Assembly (NCBI GenBank): GCA_036339465.1
Contig: JAYZAY010000073.1
Coordinates: 29,502-93,501 of the forward strand
DNA length: 64,000 nt
Direction of reading: 5' to 3'
Source: Myxococcota bacterium
Lineage (GTDB): Bacteria; Myxococcota; XYA12-FULL-58-9; JABJBS01
The position numbers and the translations under genes were made by a program. Below are positions 59,106 to 64,000 of the stretch, piece after piece. Position 1 is the stretch's first letter; each line of letters opens with the position of its first letter. Under the pieces are notes generated by a model. It was not told the DNA's origin. It did not search any database and saw only the letters and a list, made by a program, of their open reading frames with translations.

Positions 59106-60167
59106 TTAAGCTAAGCCGAGTCGTTGTTTCACGGCTGCCTCGACGGTCGCGAAGTCGTCCAAATTTGCAGTTTCATCACTGAGGACTTTGGTGGCTGTTT
59201 GCACCTTCCTTAGTGCGTTAAGACCGTCGTAACCGAAGGTTCGACCACCTCGACGGTACATCAGGGAAGCGTAGGCTGATTCTCGGTTTATTAAGCTCAT
59301 ATTATAAATAGAGCAGGCCTTATTTAGTATATATTTGGTTAGCCGGTGAGCCTTAAATGCCTGTTGATCGACCTCGGCCTCTGCAAGTAGTTCCTGGTGC
59401 TGGTTGGTGTTGGCCAGCTCAGTAAGAAAATCTCTATAGGCAATGCCGGTGGCCACGGAAAAATCATGTTCAATGGCGTAGGTTCCACCTTCCCCGTGGT
59501 GTTTCCATGCGGTGGATTTTCTTTTCAGCTCGTGTAATTCCCATCCTCCTTGTCCGACGGGCGGGTTGAGTTGCCTCCAATCGTACCAATGTGTGGCATC
59601 TTGCACCGCTTTCTTCAGGGCGGTTACTCGGCTAGCCGCTAGCCGGGCTCCGTCGAGTCCCTGGTCAGCGACTACGTTTACCTTATGCCAGTCTGAGGGC
59701 GTCAGGGCACCGGCCAATTCCTTCGTGTTGGTGGCCGCCGATGCATCTTGGAAAGCTTTTTTTCCCTCAGCGGCTTCACTGGCTTTAAAGGCTGCTTTGA
59801 GAATGTCTTCATTGTTCCTCGCGCTGCCTACGGCAGATGCTCCTGCCGCTAAACCGATGGCTGCGGGGCCAGTGGAGACTGTGGCGGCTATGACCAAACC
59901 AACTTGAACGATATCCATGAGCAGCCCGGCATTACCACTACCGGTCACCTGGCGCTTGGATTCTAGCATGATGTTGAGATAGAATTGCCTCTCTGATTTG
60001 AGCTCGGCCTCAACAGCTTTGAGCATCGCCATTCGGCTCAACCCGCCGACGTTGCCCAGGGAGCGCGCTAAGTTGAGCATGAGTGTGGCGGTATAAGGCA
60101 TATCCTTGCTAGCAAGCTCACTAAACGCGGGCGCGAGAATTTCTTCTCCGTAAAAAGCCATGGGCAT
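59106..60167 (-). CDS. Hypothetical Ala-rich helical protein with a hydrophobic hairpin
   Basis: 353-aa ORF, no signal peptide, segment LLMDIVQVGLVIAATVSTGPAAIGLAAGASAVGS. Confidence 0.7.
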   Translation of the reverse strand: MPMAFYGEEILAPAFSELASKDMPYTATLMLNLARSLGNVGGLSRMAMLKAVEAELKSERQFYLNIMLESKRQVTGSGNAGLLMDIVQVGLVIAATVSTGPAAIGLAAGASAVGSARNNEDILKAAFKASEAAEGKKAFQDASAATNTKELAGALTPSDWHKVNVVADQGLDGARLAASRVTALKKAVQDATHWYDWRQLNPPVGQGGWELHELKRKSTAWKHHGEGGTYAIEHDFSVATGIAYRDFLTELANTNQHQELLAEAEVDQQAFKAHRLTKYILNKACSIYNMSLINRESAYASLMYRRGGRTFGYDGLNALRKVQTATKVLSDETANLDDFATVEAAVKQRLGLA

Positions 60168-60276
60168 GATGAAGTTCTCCGAGTTCGTTTAAAACCGACG
60201 GAGGGACGTTACGCGATAAGAATAAGGCATGCAATCTTTCTCCATTTTAGGTTTGGGCCGGAGCCGTCTCGGTGCG

Positions 60277-60700
60277 GTGCCTAGGAATTTCAAATCCCCA
60301 TTTTGGCACTAAGGAAGGTAAACAACCCACTCACTTTCCCGTGCTTGTCCAAAAATCACCCCCACCCTTCTCCGAAACCTCAACCAAAAACATCAAAAAG
60401 CCGGCAAAATAACGAGACAAAACACGTCGGTCCAAAGCCGCGACTAGGTCGCTGCCATCAATAATGAAAACAAGTCTGCTTAAATCTTGGAGAGCTCAGT
60501 CTCGGCGAATCCCCAGGCAGACCCAAATGCTTGAGAATATTTCGAATCACAGTTCGCTGGATAATAAACGACACCATCGTCATGCGGCCCTTGCAGGAAA
60601 GGCCGACCAGGCATTGGTGACGACACCAAAACACACCACACAAGCAAAGCCATTCGCCAAGATGCCGCCTACCCAAAAAAGAGGCGAACTCTTGCCACAC
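60277..60700 (-). mobile_element. IS91/ISCR-like rolling-circle element remnant with oriIS-like end
   Basis: Encodes CKGRMTMVSFIIQRTVIRNILKHLGLP, a typical IS91-like transposase tail; downstream minus-strand GGATTTGAAATTCCTA. Confidence 0.72.
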
Positions 60701-60808
60701 AAAGTCTGGGAGGCTTTGGCCTATGGATTCAAGCTATAAGCAGAAGGCTTCCAAATGGGACTAAATCTTCTTCCGAAAAGTCGAGGCCAAATTTAATGAA
60801 TCGTCACC

Positions 60809-62701
60809 CTAAGCAGACACCCAGGCTTTGCCTCCAAGCCTTTTAGCCAGTTCTCCTTTATCGAGGGCCTTGTCCATAGCCTCTGCAGGGGCAACAACCC
60901 CCTGATGAACCAATTTAGCCAATTCTACGTTTAAAAATTGGTTACCTTGCGCCGCCCCAGAAACCATGGCATTCGCAATCTGATGCACCTTACCCTCTCG
61001 TATTAAGTTAGCCACCGCGGGAGTGCTCACAAGAATTTCCAAGGCCGCCACTCGGCCCCCCTTGGCCTTTTTGCACAGCGCCTGAGCCACGACACCCTTT
61101 AGACTTTCAGAGAGAGCCGTACGCACCTGGGCCTGCTCTCCAACTGGGAAGAGGCCGATAATCCTGTCAATGGTACTAATGGCGGTGGAAGTATGCAGGG
61201 TTCCAAACACCAGGTGGCCAGTGTTCGCAGTTTCCAGCGCCATCGAGACCGTTTCCAGGTCCCTCATTTCCCCCACCAACACAATGTCTGGGTCTTCCCT
61301 TAAAGCCGCCTTCAAAGCGCGTGTAAAGCTCTGACTGTGGACGCCAATCTCCCGCTGGTTGATCAAAGATTCTCGGCTCTGGTGCACAAATTCCACAGGA
61401 TCCTCTAGAGTCAGGATATGTGTCTTTCGGGTCTTATTGATATAATCGATCATCGCCGCCAGAGTGGTTGATTTTCCACTGCCCGTGGGGCCCGTCACCA
61501 AGACCAGTCCCTTGGGATAATCACAAATCTTGGTGACAATCTCCGGAAGACCCAGTTGTTCCACCGTGAGAATGGTGCTGGCGATCTGCCTCAACACCGC
61601 ACCAACCCCTAGACGGTCTCGAAAAAGATTCACTCGATACCGAGAAACCCCAGGGATAGAGTAGGCAAAATCGCAATCGTTGATCTCCTCAAACGCTTCG
61701 ATGCTCTCCTGCCTCATGATCGGTTTAAATAAGTCAAACACCTCGTTTATACCTAGGGGACTCGCGTCGGCAATTTCTTTAATTTCTCCATCAATACGCC
61801 AGCGGGGTTTGAGGGTTGCGCTCATGTGTAAATCTGAAGCGCCCTCTTCCACCATGCGACGAAGCAATTGTCCGAGCTTCTTAGGCGCCACTGGCGGCGC
61901 CACCGATACCGACATAGGAGCAGCCACCTTAGGTGGCGGACTGATCCCCCCTGAAACAGGAGGCGCGACAGCCATAGGAGGCGGGGCCTCATTTAAGCCC
62001 GACACCGATTGCATCGCTCGATTGAAGAGAGATGCATGGATGCTCACGGGCACCACATCCATACCCGGAAGTAATTTTTGTAGAGCACCTATCACTGAAT
62101 CGGTGACCGCATCCACAAAGCCTACGGTCAATTGATTCTCATCATTTTCCAAAGGCAGCACCCGATGCCTCTGTACAAAAGGCAGCGGCACCAAGCCTAC
62201 CACCGCCCCTTGGGGAACCTTTGCATCGGCTCCAAACTTCGGATGCTTTATCAATTTAGAGGTATCACCCAACCGCAAAGCCAAACTTCTAGATATCGCG
62301 ATCCCAAACCCCGGAACTGCCTCGTAAAGACGCGCAAAAACCGCCGCGTCAAATTGGAGGAGTTGAGCCCCCGCCACAGCTTTAACCGTGGCTGAACGGG
62401 GAGATTCCAGCAGCAGCCCCACTTCCCCAAAGGTTTCGGGTGCGCGGAAGCGACAGATTTCACGGGGGGTGGTGGTCCCACTGGCCATCACCCCCACCTC
62501 GCCCTTTGCGACCATATAGAAGGAATCAAATGGCTGATCCGCCTCAACCACCGTTTCCCCGTCGCCAAATTCCAGTAGGCGAACAGCTTTGGCGACCTTT
62601 TTAATATTGTCGGCCTTCAAACTCTTCAAAAGCGGAGAACTCTGCAAAACCGTAGACACTGATGACAAAACTTCGTCGTTAAATTCAGACACGATGACCA
62701 T
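60809..62701 (-). CDS. pilT: PilT-family retraction ATPase with N-terminal cNMP-binding and T2SSE_N-like domains
   Basis: ASDLH, GPTGSGKSTT, TLEDPVE, LREDPD, VGEMRD, GHLVFGTLHT and AVANLIRE; FGEVGLL...RSATV cNMP cassette. Confidence 0.9.
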   Translation of the reverse strand: MVIVSEFNDEVLSSVSTVLQSSPLLKSLKADNIKKVAKAVRLLEFGDGETVVEADQPFDSFYMVAKGEVGVMASGTTTPREICRFRAPETFGEVGLLLESPRSATVKAVAGAQLLQFDAAVFARLYEAVPGFGIAISRSLALRLGDTSKLIKHPKFGADAKVPQGAVVGLVPLPFVQRHRVLPLENDENQLTVGFVDAVTDSVIGALQKLLPGMDVVPVSIHASLFNRAMQSVSGLNEAPPPMAVAPPVSGGISPPPKVAAPMSVSVAPPVAPKKLGQLLRRMVEEGASDLHMSATLKPRWRIDGEIKEIADASPLGINEVFDLFKPIMRQESIEAFEEINDCDFAYSIPGVSRYRVNLFRDRLGVGAVLRQIASTILTVEQLGLPEIVTKICDYPKGLVLVTGPTGSGKSTTLAAMIDYINKTRKTHILTLEDPVEFVHQSRESLINQREIGVHSQSFTRALKAALREDPDIVLVGEMRDLETVSMALETANTGHLVFGTLHTSTAISTIDRIIGLFPVGEQAQVRTALSESLKGVVAQALCKKAKGGRVAALEILVSTPAVANLIREGKVHQIANAMVSGAAQGNQFLNVELAKLVHQGVVAPAEAMDKALDKGELAKRLGGKAWVSA

Positions 62702-63185
62702 GAAATTATCCTATCCCCAAAGAGTGCCGAGCACTGCCCCAAATCCTAACAGGATTCGGATCATGGGAATAAATAATCCTCCCCACACACAGTCAAACCG
62801 GTTCATCTGCCTTTCACAGGGTGGAGCGTAAACAAGGCAGTGGTCTTTTAGGGAAACCCAAGACGCCAAAGCCTATGGAAAAAACAGGTGCTATAAAATC
62901 AAACACCTCCCCCTTAGCAACAACCCCATAGCCATTTCTCTTTGGAGCCGATACGGCATAGGTTTGAATCGATTATCTTAGGCATGAATCATCGAAGAGA
63001 GGTCCACACGAGACAAAAAACTTGCGGCGTTCATTTTCGAGACGATGAGGATGTCGCAGATTTATCAGCCGTTGATGCTGGCAGAGCAGATCCCGAATCA
63101 GTGGGTGTGATGTGGGGACCACAGCTTAATCCATCTTAAAGCAGCGTCGCGTCAAATGAGAAGAGATGAGACTCCGCCCCATCTC

Positions 63186-63245
63186 CGGGCCTGTTGAAAC
63201 CACCCCAGATAAATTGGTGGCAGAACTTTGGTATTCGAACATCTT
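63186..63245 (+). repeat. 60-bp dispersed copy of phoD 44791-44850
   Basis: 54 of 60 bases identical, no gaps. Confidence 0.9.
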
Positions 63246-64000
63246 CATGCACCAAATAACGCAGCGCATCCAACACACACCTAGGACCTCCGCCTTCCTC
63301 TGTGCCTCAGCTTCCGTTGAAATCCCTCCCCCAGACGAAACTATTACCATTTTAGCCCGATAAGGTCCCTACAGGCATCACTCAAACCCACGTCAATATC
63401 AGGACCAAACCATGCCAAAAATTCGAGTTCCCAAAAATCCCTGCCATGGCGTACCTCACCGCATAACCAACACCTCAGCCAACCCGATCGAGCCCCAAAA
63501 AACTTCAATTCCGTACCGAGGGCTAAGAGACTCTTTTGAAAACCAAGGTCCTGACTTATTCCGTCAAGGCAGCACTCAACTATCGGTCGCAACATCAATT
63601 CCCAAAAATGCCACCCCTACCACGAAAGTTTCACCCACAACCCAATCCCCCGCAGCTGGCGTAGCTACCTTCTTCCCTGATTGGGCGAAGATAATTGAGA
63701 GAGACGCCACTACTTGTGAGGGCCTCGTGGAACTTCAAGAGGTACACCACGCTGCAGACGCACCCAAGAGTGTGCTTTCTGAACTGCCATCCGGTATAGC
63801 CGCCTTCGGAGATGCCTTGGGCATCCTCGGGTCGGTCTACGAAACGGTAGAAAACCTCAAACATCTCGCCGAAAGAAAACAAATATCAAGCAAAGAGTCC
63901 GTAGCCGTCAACGCAGACTACAACGTCCTTACAAGTTTAACCCTCCTCGAACTGACCCTTTTAGACAGTGCAGAAGAAGTATCCGCAGCGTTTAAATCTG

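Noticed and set aside
63186..63245. phoD fragment as a DGR template/variable repeat pair
   Set aside because: The mismatches are not confined to adenines of one copy on either strand.
63250..64000. Short ORFs at the window end
   Set aside because: Interrupted by stops and unassignable.

Overview
Bacterial chromosomal window. The gene content (multi-Cys Ca-loop lipoproteins, lamin-tail lipoproteins, tandem ArsA/Get3 ATPases, PilT variant, PilZ) suggests a Myxococcota/deltaproteobacterial genome; this is inference. The left half (to about 45.8 kb) is mostly intact genes: rlmD, a sensor kinase, fur, dnaJ, yitJ-type methionine synthesis, ribD, aat, tRNA-Asn, an MMPL transporter, an LTA-synthase-like sulfatase, yebC, an iota-type carbonic anhydrase, acyl-CoA dehydrogenase and phoD. 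The standout is a cluster at 6.0-17.8 kb. It combines two thermonuclease (SNase) homologues, a secreted ComEC-type MBL hydrolase, an outer-membrane beta-barrel candidate carrying a ComEA-like helix-hairpin-helix DNA-binding module, a four-lamin-tail-domain lipoprotein, a porin/lipoprotein pair sharing Cys/Asp Ca-binding repeats, a Fur regulator and a formyltransferase. It reads as a candidate surface DNA capture, degradation and import system. The right half (45.8-64 kb) is a plastic region. It holds three decayed IS6 copies, IS91-like remnants with oriIS-like ends, a DUF1566 gene bracketed by 33-bp inverted repeats, a Fic gene with upstream 24-bp repeats, an EGF-repeat metalloprotease lipoprotein, a Kazal-in-Ig lipoprotein, and a PilT ATPase fused to a cyclic-nucleotide-binding domain and a T2SSE_N-like domain. 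All calls come from motif recognition by eye; no database searches were run.
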